A DNA stretch of 64,000 nt from Elusimicrobium minutum (GTDB lineage: Bacteria; Elusimicrobiota; Elusimicrobia; Elusimicrobiales; UBA9959). The stretch is taken from contig DYIF01000004.1 of assembly GCA_020723765.1 (NCBI GenBank), positions 10,199 to 74,198 of the forward strand. Reading direction: 5' to 3'. The notes below the pieces were generated by a model. The model was not told the origin of the DNA. It did not search any database and was given only the letters and a program-made list of their open reading frames with translations. The translations under genes and the position numbers were made by a program. Positions within the stretch are counted from its first letter, which is position 1. Each line of letters begins with the position of its first letter. Below, in pieces: positions 55,410 through 64,000 of this stretch.

Positions 55410-56537
55410 TTATCTGAGATAATCCGTGGGATTTAAAGCGTTCTCTCCTTTTCTTATCTCAAAATACAAAATATTGCCGTTTAAATTTTCGTCTCTAATA
55501 TCGGTTCCGGCCGTCCCTATCACGGTATTTAAGTCCACAACCGAACCGTTCGACACCGAAATCTGCGACAAAAAACCGTAGGTAGAATAAATATTGTCTC
55601 CGTGATCCAATATGACCACGTTACCGAATCCCCTAAACTCTCCGCTATAAACCACTTTTCCGGCCATTACCGGCTTTACTTCCAAAGATGTTGTCTTAAT
55701 TTTTATCCCGTCGTTTATTATCCAGGTTTTCAAATCCTCGACATACTCTTTGCCGAATTTTTTTACCACAACACCTTCCGCCGGCCAGGGGAGAGATTTT
55801 TTAGGCAAACTAACGCTTGAAGATATTTCCTTTTTATATGGGGAAGATTTTTCTATTTTTTTTATCAAACTTGATAGTTCCTTAGCGGTTCTGTTAAGCT
55901 CTTCTATCTCGGATTTTAGCTTTTTAAGACGAGCATCTGTAAGATATAACTCCTTTTCGTTCTTTTTTATCTCTTTTTTATTGCTTTCCAGAGTTTGATT
56001 CACCGTTATTATGTCTTTGGAATATTTCTCTTTATTTTGGAAAAGTTTTGTAATATTATCCGAAAATATCTTGGTTTTATAGTTTATGGCTTTCGCGTAA
56101 TTCGATTTCTGTATTATCATATTCCTTTTAACCATATCGGAGACGAGTTGAGAAGTCCCGTAAAAATAAGAATTGGAAAATCTCGAAAGATATAAAGAGG
56201 TAACGTCGTTATTTATTTCGTTTTGAAGCTTTGCGTAATTATTTTTAAGAGCTTCGTATTTTTCTTTGGTCTCGGAAATGTCTTTTTTTAATTGTTCTAT
56301 CAATAAATTTATTTTTTTCTTTTTTTCCGTTATATTTTTTTCGTTGCTTCTGAGTTTTTTGACTTCCATTATAAGTTTTTCATATTTTTCGTTATACTCC
56401 TCAAGCTCCAAGTTTTTTTTCTCAAGCTCCATCCTAATTGCTTCCAATTTGGATTTGTTTTCGTTATACATCTTTTGAGGATATAAACCGCAAACGAAAA
56501 GGAAAAAAAAGGAAATAAATATCAGTTTCTTTTCCAT
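55410..56537 (-). CDS. envC: EnvC-like coiled-coil protein with degenerate LytM (M23) domain
   Basis: ORF 55410..56699 trimmed to MEKKLIFISFFFLFVCG. A long heptad-rich coiled coil is followed by GFGNVVILDHGDNIYSTYGFL and LYFEIRKGENALNP. Tyr replaces the M23 His, as in E. coli EnvC. Confidence 0.8.
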   Translation of the reverse strand: MEKKLIFISFFFLFVCGLYPQKMYNENKSKLEAIRMELEKKNLELEEYNEKYEKLIMEVKKLRSNEKNITEKKKKINLLIEQLKKDISETKEKYEALKNNYAKLQNEINNDVTSLYLSRFSNSYFYGTSQLVSDMVKRNMIIQKSNYAKAINYKTKIFSDNITKLFQNKEKYSKDIITVNQTLESNKKEIKKNEKELYLTDARLKKLKSEIEELNRTAKELSSLIKKIEKSSPYKKEISSSVSLPKKSLPWPAEGVVVKKFGKEYVEDLKTWIINDGIKIKTTSLEVKPVMAGKVVYSGEFRGFGNVVILDHGDNIYSTYGFLSQISVSNGSVVDLNTVIGTAGTDIRDENLNGNILYFEIRKGENALNPTDYLR

Positions 56538-57271
56538 TGATACAAAACCCATCCCATAAGCCCGCCGAATAAAAGCGTGATAATATGCCAAGGCGCGGAC
56601 GGCCATTCCCATAAAGGGCTTATATATTTGATAGGATAAATTAATATATATATGAAAACGACGGCTATTAAAGACCCGAACATTCCGTTCAAAAACCACT
56701 TTATGGATTCCATTATCGAAGCAAAAAAATTGGAAAAACCGACATGAAGCACGGCCGAAAAAACGGTTATGCCTATTATAACTATAGTCGCGCCTATTAT
56801 CAGAAAAAGGAATTTAGAATAAAACAAAGTGTGCATTATCGCGACCAGCTCGTCCGGTTTATATCTTATGTCCATTACCCCTTCCGAATCGGATATTTTT
56901 TGGACTATGACGTCAATGTTTCCCATAAAAATCGGATCTACCGATATTTCCAGTATATCCGGCACCGGATTTAAAGCCATGGATTTTATCGAAAGATAAA
57001 GCTCGTTGTCTTCGTTTTGTATCCTTTTCAAACTCTCTTCGCTTTTGACGAAATTTACCGATGTTATTCCGTTTATCAAAGATATTTTCTTAACGGTATC
57101 TTCCACGGAGGCTTGTTTTTTTAAAGCCGCAACTATTCTAAAATCGTTTATAAGCATTTTTGAAATCTTGGAAGTTTGAAAATAAAAAAAAGATACCGCT
57201 TCAAAATATATTCCGAATATTAAAGTGGCGAGAAACACTATTCTATATCCTTTTTTAGCGTAATTGCTCAT
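56522..57271 (-). CDS. ftsX: FtsX-like permease
   Basis: 249 aa. TM1, then a periplasmic domain of about 110 aa, then three C-terminal TM helices. Lies immediately upstream of envC. Confidence 0.7.
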   Translation of the reverse strand: MSNYAKKGYRIVFLATLIFGIYFEAVSFFYFQTSKISKMLINDFRIVAALKKQASVEDTVKKISLINGITSVNFVKSEESLKRIQNEDNELYLSIKSMALNPVPDILEISVDPIFMGNIDVIVQKISDSEGVMDIRYKPDELVAIMHTLFYSKFLFLIIGATIVIIGITVFSAVLHVGFSNFFASIMESIKWFLNGMFGSLIAVVFIYILIYPIKYISPLWEWPSAPWHIITLLFGGLMGWVLYQWKRN

Positions 57272-57324
57272 AAAATCCTTAAACTATATTTTACCACTTT
57301 TAAACCGATAATTTTCGGGTAAAA

Positions 57325-58023
57325 CTAATACCCCAACTTAGCGCATAATCTCCGGTATGTCTTTATCTCGGATATCAATCTTTCTTTTATTTCTTCTATC
57401 TTTTTTTCCAAATTTTGTGGGTTTTCGGACATTAAAACCGCGATTTCTTCTTTAGACAATTCCTTTTTTTTCTCTTTATACATCTCTATCATTTTGTCGA
57501 TTATATAAATATCCTCCTCCATATATCTTATTCTACATATCGGAGACAACCCGAAACGATCGAGCTCAACCTCCGCTCTCTTTTCTATTCTTTCCAGAGT
57601 CTTAATATCCCTTTTTTCAAAAGCCAGGTTTATTTCTCCCATTCTAAAATCGTAAAACTCTTTTTCTTCTTCGTCTAAATATTCGAAATTATCGGGGTGA
57701 TAGAGTCTTGCGAGTTTTCTATATTTTTTCTTAATCTCCGATTCTTCGATTTGGAGATTTTCTTTTTTATCTTCTTTTACTTCAGTCTTTTTCTCTTCGA
57801 TGCCCAAAACTTTATTTTTAAGGTTTTCGAGCAAAACTATATAATCACCTAACTTTTTTAGGTAATAATTTTTATAAAAATTTTTTACCGAAGTTTCCAT
57901 AGCCAAATATTCCATAACCGTTTTTTCAAGCTCCAATTCCTTCTTAAATAGCTTTTTTTTGATATTTTTTATCTTTAAAGAATATTCTTTTTCTTTGGGA
58001 ATCAAAGACTTTGTTTTTTCCAT
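57325..58023 (-). CDS. J-domain (DnaJ-like) coiled-coil protein
   Basis: KKKYRKLARLYHPDN contains the HPD tripeptide of J domains. The flanking regions are Lys/Glu-rich helices. Confidence 0.7.
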   Translation of the reverse strand: MEKTKSLIPKEKEYSLKIKNIKKKLFKKELELEKTVMEYLAMETSVKNFYKNYYLKKLGDYIVLLENLKNKVLGIEEKKTEVKEDKKENLQIEESEIKKKYRKLARLYHPDNFEYLDEEEKEFYDFRMGEINLAFEKRDIKTLERIEKRAEVELDRFGLSPICRIRYMEEDIYIIDKMIEMYKEKKKELSKEEIAVLMSENPQNLEKKIEEIKERLISEIKTYRRLCAKLGY

Positions 58024-58024
58024 A

Positions 58025-58411
58025 TCATTTTTTAGAAATGGCGTAAAGCTTTATCAAACTTTCCACTTTCTCTATATCCTGAGGTTTTAAAACGTAATCG
58101 AAGGCGCCTTCTTTAACCGCTTTTTGAGCGATATCTACGGTTGAAAGATCGGAAAGAACTATAACGCATACGTCTTTATTTTTAGCTCTTGCGATATGAT
58201 TGACTTCTATCGCCGTAATGCCGTACAAGAAAGAGTCGGTTATTACCATATCCCATTTCCAGAGCTCCAATTTTTCTCTCGCTTTTTTATAATCCGACAC
58301 CGTCTCAACGCTTAAAAAATCGAATTTTTCGCAAATTTTTTTTATTCTTTCTATCGCATAAACATCGTCTTCTATCAAAAGAAGTTTCTTTACCAGTCTA
58401 TCCACAGCCAT
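58025..58411 (-). CDS. stand-alone receiver domain protein
   Basis: LLIEDD, MVITD (phospho-Asp), IVLSD and YVLKP blocks. Confidence 0.8.
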   Translation of the reverse strand: MAVDRLVKKLLLIEDDVYAIERIKKICEKFDFLSVETVSDYKKAREKLELWKWDMVITDSFLYGITAIEVNHIARAKNKDVCVIVLSDLSTVDIAQKAVKEGAFDYVLKPQDIEKVESLIKLYAISKK

Positions 58412-59652
58412 AACACCTCTTCCTCTCTATAAAGATCCGGATTAGCCGAAAACATATCTTTATATCGCACCCATGTGTCTATCGAAGTAAGAGGATAATC
58501 GGTAAGGTCCAATATAAAAGGTGAAACTTTATCGAAATCGGGTCCGGCTATTACTTTAACTACGGGTCTTGTTGGCTTTTTTGGGTTTATTATTATCGGT
58601 TTACATATCTCTCCGGTAGAAAGTCTGACTATGCTTTGAGGAGGATATACGGATAGAACCGAAATCAGCCCCTTTACCGCCCTTTGATTAAAACTTTTTT
58701 TAAAATCCTGCATGAATTTATAAATAATAGAAGGCTGTTCGTAAGGATCTCTGTAAGTCCTTCTATGAGTCATCGCTTCATAAACATCCGAAACGGCGAT
58801 TATCTGGCTTTTTTCGGTTATTTTATCGGAGGACAAACCGAAATACCCCGAACCGTCCGCTCTTTCATGAGAAAGATAGGTTATTTCTGATACCGTATCT
58901 TTAAGCTCGGGCTCGAAAGAAAATATCTTTTCTACAATTTTAACTCCGTCTTCTACATGATTTTTTACGGCGTTTAATTCTTCTTTGTTTAAAGCTCTTT
59001 CAACCGAGTAAAAATTTTTATGCTTTAACATTCCCAGATCGTAACACAAAGAAGATATCACGACCTCTCTAATTTCTTTTTCGGCATATCCCAACTCGGC
59101 GGAAATTAACCCGGACAAAATAGAGACGTTTAATGTGTGGGAATATAAGTAATTTTGCGGGGTCAGATATTTTAAAAGATTAAGTATATAATTATCGGAA
59201 AAAATATTTTTTAAAATATAATCCGACATTAACATTACGGTATCGTAAGCTTTCAAATAATTTTGATTATCCGCGCAAGCGTAAGCTTCCCTATTCATCG
59301 TTACAAGCTCGTCGTAAAATCTTTTAGATCTGGCATAAAGAAAATCTTCGTCTATTTCTTCTTTTATCTCGGATTCGTTTTGCGCAAAATCGTCTTTCTT
59401 TATTTTTATGTTTTGGGAATACGAATCGTTTCTTTTAATGGAAAATCTTACATCTTTTACCATTCCCTCTTCTTCTTTTTCGGTTTTTAAATTTTCAAAA
59501 GATTCTTTGATTTCCGATTTTTGTTTTAAAATCTCTTTTTTGGGGTCTTTAGATTCTATTTCTTCTTTATTAATCGGGCCAATTTGAACCTTTTCTTTGG
59601 CGATTTTGGAAGTATCGTTTAATTTCGGCTTATTTAAATCTGAAAATTTCAT
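58390..59652 (-). CDS. HD-GYP-domain protein with substituted metal-ligand positions
   Basis: The C-terminal domain reads HTLNVSIL...LCYDLGM...HVEDG...SHERADGSGYFG...VSDVYEAMTHRRTYR. The expected HDxGK is YDLGM, and HHExxDGxGYP is SHERADGSGYF. Confidence 0.75.
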   Translation of the reverse strand: MKFSDLNKPKLNDTSKIAKEKVQIGPINKEEIESKDPKKEILKQKSEIKESFENLKTEKEEEGMVKDVRFSIKRNDSYSQNIKIKKDDFAQNESEIKEEIDEDFLYARSKRFYDELVTMNREAYACADNQNYLKAYDTVMLMSDYILKNIFSDNYILNLLKYLTPQNYLYSHTLNVSILSGLISAELGYAEKEIREVVISSLCYDLGMLKHKNFYSVERALNKEELNAVKNHVEDGVKIVEKIFSFEPELKDTVSEITYLSHERADGSGYFGLSSDKITEKSQIIAVSDVYEAMTHRRTYRDPYEQPSIIYKFMQDFKKSFNQRAVKGLISVLSVYPPQSIVRLSTGEICKPIIINPKKPTRPVVKVIAGPDFDKVSPFILDLTDYPLTSIDTWVRYKDMFSANPDLYREEEVLWLWIDW

Positions 59653-59704
59653 AAGTATATTATAATAATAAAATGTTAAATTTTCTTTTCATTTTTTTGT
59701 CTAT

Positions 59705-60190
59705 TTAAAACTTTCTTTCGTAATGACAGATATAACCGCCGGGGTTTTTTATAAGATACTTCTGATGATATTCTTCCGCGTCCCAAAATTTTTCAAATTT
59801 TACCACTTCCGTAACTATCTTTTTTTTCCAATGAACCTCGGCTCTTTTAACGGCGCTCAAAGCCTCGGATTTTTGTTCCTCGTCCATATAAAATATTACG
59901 CTTCTATATTGAGAGCCTATGTCGTTAATCTGCCTGTTAGGAGTGGTCGGATCGTGTATTTTAAAAAAATAATCGAGAATTTCTGAGTATTTTATTTTTT
60001 CCTCGTCAAATTCGATTAAAACCGATTCGGCATGCCCCGTCATACCTTTTTTTACTTCCTCGTATTTCGGATTTTCCGTTTTTCCTCCGCAATATCCGAC
60101 TCTGGTTTTAACTACCCCGTTAAGTTTTGAAAAAAGATACTCCACTCCCCAAAAACATCCCCCGGCCAAAACCGCCGTTTTCAAAATCAT
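59705..60190 (-). CDS. msrA: peptide-methionine (S)-S-oxide reductase
   Basis: GGCFWGVE active-site motif, plus GHAESV and YHQKYL blocks. Confidence 0.9.
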   Translation of the reverse strand: MILKTAVLAGGCFWGVEYLFSKLNGVVKTRVGYCGGKTENPKYEEVKKGMTGHAESVLIEFDEEKIKYSEILDYFFKIHDPTTPNRQINDIGSQYRSVIFYMDEEQKSEALSAVKRAEVHWKKKIVTEVVKFEKFWDAEEYHQKYLIKNPGGYICHYERKF

Positions 60191-61293
60191 ATAAGATCCT
60201 TCCTGTAAATTCTATACTTTTTATAAATCTTTCCGCCGAATTTCTCTATTGTTCTGTTTATTTTTATATTATCCTCCAGTGTCCAGGAAAGCTCTCCCCA
60301 GTTCCATCCTAAATCTTTGGCTATCTCTATCGCTTTTAAAATCATTAAAACCTCTATGCCTCTCCCCCTATATTCCTTATTGACGCCCAAAGCAAGCATC
60401 CTTCCCGATTTAATTTTAAAAAGATAATTGTAAATAAAAGGTATTATATTAAAAGCCGAAAAACTTCCGTTTAGAGCTTTTAAAGCTATGTTAAAGTCGG
60501 GAAGCAGCAAACAAAAAGCGACCGGCAAATCTCCGTGTTTTGCAAAAAATATATATTCTTTTTTAATTAAAGGTTTTAATTCCGAAGCCATCTTCTCTAT
60601 TTCTCTCTCGCTCATCGGAACAAATCCCCAGTTATTTTCCCACGCTTTATTATAAACCGCCTTAAAATCCTCAAAGACGGTGTTAATATTTTTCACATCG
60701 GCGAATACTATCGAAATTTCGGAATTTTCTTTTTTAATCCTTTCCACTACGGATAAAAAATTGCCCGCGATATTTTCATCGTAAACCCACTTAAAAGCGT
60801 ATAGATCTTTTTCTTTTTTATATCCGCTTGATTCAACCAAACTCGCATAATATTCGGGATTATAAGGCATCATCACGACGTTAGGTTCTTTAAAATTCTC
60901 CACTAACATTCCCCAGGTATAATTGCTCGACGGGTTTGCCGGACCTCTTATTAAATCGCAATTTTTAGACCTCGCCCAATTTTCAACCGCTTCAAAAAGA
61001 AGTTTCGCCGCATTAATATCGTTTTCGCAATCGAAAAAGCCGAAAAAAGCGGCTTTTTCTTTATGGAACTCGTTATAAGAACGATTTATTATTCCGCAAA
61101 TCCTTCCCAATATTTCGCCTTTTTCCTCTACTACGAAAAGTTTTTTTTCCGCATTATCCCAGAAAGGATGAGAATCCGAAATCAAAGATAAAGAAGATTT
61201 TATCAAATCTCCCACCCAGTTCGGATCTTTCTTTATAAAATTATAAGGAAATTTTACGAATTCAAGAGGGTCTTTAGGTTCTCTTACGTACAT
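60187..61293 (-). CDS. double-GNAT-like N-acyltransferase, unknown substrate
   Basis: 368 aa. The C-terminal half has a GNAT acyl-CoA loop, LALGVNKEYRGRGIEVLM (Q/R-x-x-G-x-G/A). TGATG one-base overlap with the upstream alpha-oxoamine synthase gene. Confidence 0.6.
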   Translation of the reverse strand: MYVREPKDPLEFVKFPYNFIKKDPNWVGDLIKSSLSLISDSHPFWDNAEKKLFVVEEKGEILGRICGIINRSYNEFHKEKAAFFGFFDCENDINAAKLLFEAVENWARSKNCDLIRGPANPSSNYTWGMLVENFKEPNVVMMPYNPEYYASLVESSGYKKEKDLYAFKWVYDENIAGNFLSVVERIKKENSEISIVFADVKNINTVFEDFKAVYNKAWENNWGFVPMSEREIEKMASELKPLIKKEYIFFAKHGDLPVAFCLLLPDFNIALKALNGSFSAFNIIPFIYNYLFKIKSGRMLALGVNKEYRGRGIEVLMILKAIEIAKDLGWNWGELSWTLEDNIKINRTIEKFGGKIYKKYRIYRKDLI

Positions 61294-62504
61294 CAGATGG
61301 ATGTCTTGCTTTTTGCGCTTCCCATTACGGCCTTATAACATTTTTCAAATATATCCAGAGCCCTATCAAGCTGTTCTCTGGTATGAGTGGCGGTTACCAC
61401 GACTCTTAAAAGGGTCCTTTTAGGAGGAACGGCCGGACTTATAACCGGGTTTGAAAAAACGCCGTTATCGAATAACATTCTCCACAGCATAAAGGTTTTT
61501 TCGTTATTACCGATAAGTATCGGTATTATCGGAGTTTGAGTAGGCCCGATATTACATCCCATCTCTTTAAATCTTTTCAAAAGATACTCGGAATTTTCCC
61601 AGAGCTTTTTGCGTCTCTGCGGCTCGGATTCTATTATATCTATAGCTTTGGATATGGAAGCGACGCAAGCCGGAGGAAGGGCCGCGGAAAATATCATGGA
61701 CCTTGAAATATGTTGAATATAATCTATAACCTTCGCGTCGCCGACTACAAATCCTCCTACCGAAGCAAAGCTCTTTGAACAGGTTCCAACTACCAGATCA
61801 ACCTCTCCGTTTTCCAGTCCGAAATGCTCGCAGGTTCCCTTTCCATGCTCGCCAAGCACCCCGGTCGCATGAGCGTCGTCCACTATTATTCTGGCTTTAT
61901 ACTTTTTACAAACCTTCACTATATCCGGCAACGGCGCTATGTCTCCTTCCATTGAAAAAACCCCGTCAACTATTACAAGCTTTCCTCTTTTTTTATCTAT
62001 GGATTTTAAAACCTTCTCAAGATCGGCGACATCGTTATGCTTAAATCTCTTTATCTCCGCCCCGCTCATTCTGCATCCGTCTAAGATACTCGCATGGTCC
62101 AATTTATCCACTATGACCACATCTCCCTGACCGGCAAGCGCCGAAACGACTCCGACATTCATTTGATAGCCCGTCGCGTATATCAAAGCCCTTTCTCTGT
62201 TTTTAAATCTGGCGAGTTTTCTTTCAAGCTCTTCGTGCAAAACGGTATTTCCGTTTAAAAAACGAGAACCCGCCACCCCGGTGCCGAACCTTTCTATGGC
62301 TTCCACAGCGGCTTTTTTCATTCTCGGATCGTTCGCAAGACCCAAATAATTATTGGAGCCGAACATTATAAATTTTTTTCCGTTTATCACAACTTCAGGC
62401 GCCTGTTCCGATTCTAAAGCTTTAAAATAAGGATATATCCCTTTTTCCTTTAATTCGTCGACTATCTTAAATTCCCATATCTTTTCAAATAAATCTTTGT
62501 CCAT
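61293..62504 (-). CDS. alpha-oxoamine synthase family PLP enzyme (serine palmitoyltransferase / KBL / BioF-like)
   Basis: GSNNYLGL, GSRFLNGN, DDAHATGVLG and GTCSKSFASVGGF (PLP Lys) blocks. 403 aa. Confidence 0.85.
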   Translation of the reverse strand: MDKDLFEKIWEFKIVDELKEKGIYPYFKALESEQAPEVVINGKKFIMFGSNNYLGLANDPRMKKAAVEAIERFGTGVAGSRFLNGNTVLHEELERKLARFKNRERALIYATGYQMNVGVVSALAGQGDVVIVDKLDHASILDGCRMSGAEIKRFKHNDVADLEKVLKSIDKKRGKLVIVDGVFSMEGDIAPLPDIVKVCKKYKARIIVDDAHATGVLGEHGKGTCEHFGLENGEVDLVVGTCSKSFASVGGFVVGDAKVIDYIQHISRSMIFSAALPPACVASISKAIDIIESEPQRRKKLWENSEYLLKRFKEMGCNIGPTQTPIIPILIGNNEKTFMLWRMLFDNGVFSNPVISPAVPPKRTLLRVVVTATHTREQLDRALDIFEKCYKAVMGSAKSKTSI

Positions 62505-62519
62505 ATAAAATAAATTGTA

Positions 62520-62966
62520 TTATTTATTTAAAACTTTTTCAATTATTTTTGTCGTGGATCTCCCCTTTAAAAGACTCACTATGACCACTTTTCCGGCAAA
62601 TTCTCTGCCCACCACATCCTCTTCTTTATAATCTCCCCCTTTTACCAGATAATCCGGTTTTATCTTTTTTATAAGGTTATAAGGGGTTTGCTCGGAAAAA
62701 GGAATCACGTAATCCACATACCTTACAGCAGACAAAACCTCAATCCTATCTTTTAACTTATTTACCGGCCTTTTAGGCCCTTTGAGTTTTTTAACCGAAC
62801 CGTCCGAGTTTAATCCGACGACCACTATGTCTCCCAATCTGGAACATTCCTTTAAAACCTTTATATGGCCGGAATGCAGTATATCGAAACAACCGTTTGT
62901 AAAAACCACTTTTTTACCGGTTTTTTTGAGTTTTAAAATCTTAGATAAAATCTCTTTTTTGTTCAT
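62520..62966 (-). CDS. D-beta-D-heptose 1-phosphate adenylyltransferase (RfaE/HldE domain II type cytidylyltransferase fold)
   Basis: VVFTNGCFDILHSGHIKVL (HxGH), NSDGSVKKLKGPKRPVN, LVKGGDY and STTKII, collinear with E. coli HldE domain II as I recall it. Confidence 0.8.
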   Translation of the reverse strand: MNKKEILSKILKLKKTGKKVVFTNGCFDILHSGHIKVLKECSRLGDIVVVGLNSDGSVKKLKGPKRPVNKLKDRIEVLSAVRYVDYVIPFSEQTPYNLIKKIKPDYLVKGGDYKEEDVVGREFAGKVVIVSLLKGRSTTKIIEKVLNK

Positions 62967-64000
62967 TTTTTTTCGGAAAGCACTCTGGGAATAAATTCTT
63001 CCAGATATTTGGTATAAACATCGCCTTTCTGGAAATTATAATCGGACAAAATATGTTTATGGAGGCCTATGGTGGTTTTTACCCCTTTTATATCCAATTC
63101 TTCCAAAGCCCTCAAAGACCTTTTTATCGCCTCGTTTCTCGTCGGCGCCCATACTATGAGCTTTGCTATCATACTGTCGTAAAAACTCGGTATTTTATAC
63201 TTAGGATATATGTGAGTATCTATTCTTATTCCGGGACCCATCGGAAAAGATACGTCTTCTATGGTGGAAACCGAAGGTCTGAAGCCGTTTTCCCAATCCT
63301 CCGCGTTAATTCTATGCTCTATGGAATGACCTCTGAAATTGTTAACATAACTTTGACTTACGCTAATTTCTCGGCCTTGGGCTATTAAAATCTGTTCTTT
63401 TACGAGGTCCACTCCGCATATCGATTCGGTTACCGGATGTTCCACCTGAAGCCTCGTGTTTACTTCCATAAAATAAAAATCCCTGTTGGCATCCATTAAA
63501 AACTCCACGGTTCCCACGCCATGGTAATTTGCGCTATCGGCCAGTTTTTCCACTACTTTTTGCAACTTTTTTCTTACTTCTTCGGTAACGAAAGGGGAAG
63601 GAGTTTCTTCAACAAGTTTTTGATGTCTCCTTTGTAGAGTGCAATCTCTTTCCGGAAATGCGACGACATTCCCTTTAAGGTCTCTGGCAAACTGAATTTC
63701 TACGTGTCTCGGTTTTTCTATGTATTTTTCAAAAAATACGTCGTCGTTTCCAAACGCCGCTTTAGCTTCGCTTTTCGCAAGTTCCACCTCTTTATTCAGA
63801 TCTTCCTCGTTTAAAACTATTCTCATCCCCTTACCGCCTCCTCCCGCCGCGGCTTTTATCATTATCGGAAAACCTATTTTTTTTGCGATTTTAATATAAT
63901 CTTTTTTAACGCAACCGTCGCTTCCGGGGGTTATCGGCACTCCCGATTTTTTAGCAAGGTCTCTCGCTACGGATTTGTGGCCCAAAAGCCTTATGGAATC
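62963..64000 (-). CDS. accC: biotin carboxylase (acetyl-CoA carboxylase subunit or related), C-terminal ~345 codons; 5' end beyond the window
   Basis: MIKAAAGGGGKGMR glycine loop, ERDCTLQRRHQKLVEE and MEVNTRLQVEHPVTE blocks. The reading frame stays open to position 64000. Confidence 0.85.
   Translation of the reverse strand, partial: DSIRLLGHKSVARDLAKKSGVPITPGSDGCVKKDYIKIAKKIGFPIMIKAAAGGGGKGMRIVLNEEDLNKEVELAKSEAKAAFGNDDVFFEKYIEKPRHVEIQFARDLKGNVVAFPERDCTLQRRHQKLVEETPSPFVTEEVRKKLQKVVEKLADSANYHGVGTVEFLMDANRDFYFMEVNTRLQVEHPVTESICGVDLVKEQILIAQGREISVSQSYVNNFRGHSIEHRINAEDWENGFRPSVSTIEDVSFPMGPGIRIDTHIYPKYKIPSFYDSMIAKLIVWAPTRNEAIKRSLRALEELDIKGVKTTIGLHKHILSDYNFQKGDVYTKYLEEFIPRVLSEKK

Overview
AT-rich, tightly packed bacterial chromosomal segment with about 60 protein genes, 2 tRNAs and 1 tmRNA. 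Most genes are on the minus strand and many have 1-20 nt start/stop overlaps. I saw no rRNA, CRISPR array, cas gene, transposase or integrase. All functional calls come from motifs I recognised by eye in the translated ORFs; no searches were run.

Most content is housekeeping:
- metK (5' fragment) and a phosphohexomutase.
- UDP-glucose dehydrogenase plus UDP-xylose synthase.
- A 10-gene operon with all seven shikimate steps, chorismate mutase and two U32-family genes.
- NifS/NifU, pckA plus aspC, tsaD, ctpA/envC/ftsX, msrA, an RfaE-type adenylyltransferase and accC (3' part).

Accessory or signalling content:
- A secreted RNase Sa/barnase-type nuclease with a barstar-like gene, beside a PLC-like zinc hydrolase.
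- Two secreted clostripain-like (C11) peptidases, one 1174 aa long.
- Two GGDEF proteins and a degenerate HD-GYP protein in an operon with a receiver and a J-domain protein.
- An RlmN/Cfr-like radical SAM gene in a four-gene operon.
- An alpha-oxoamine synthase translationally coupled to a double-GNAT-like acyltransferase.

The most unusual signals are non-coding:
1. A dispersed family of short-word repeats occupies four intergenic loci. It includes co-oriented CATCTA-type arrays upstream of both tRNA genes, and a ~75-nt polypyrimidine/polypurine module in three copies, one inverted 12 kb away.
2. The tmRNA 3' end has a perfect 17-nt duplicate 128 bp downstream.
3. A CTTTAGGSC box abuts -35-like hexamers upstream of three secreted-hydrolase genes.
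4. A ~1 kb gene-poor stretch contains an isolated GC-rich structured island.

I could not identify a clearly novel multi-gene system with confidence. The candidates are listed as findings with explicit tests.
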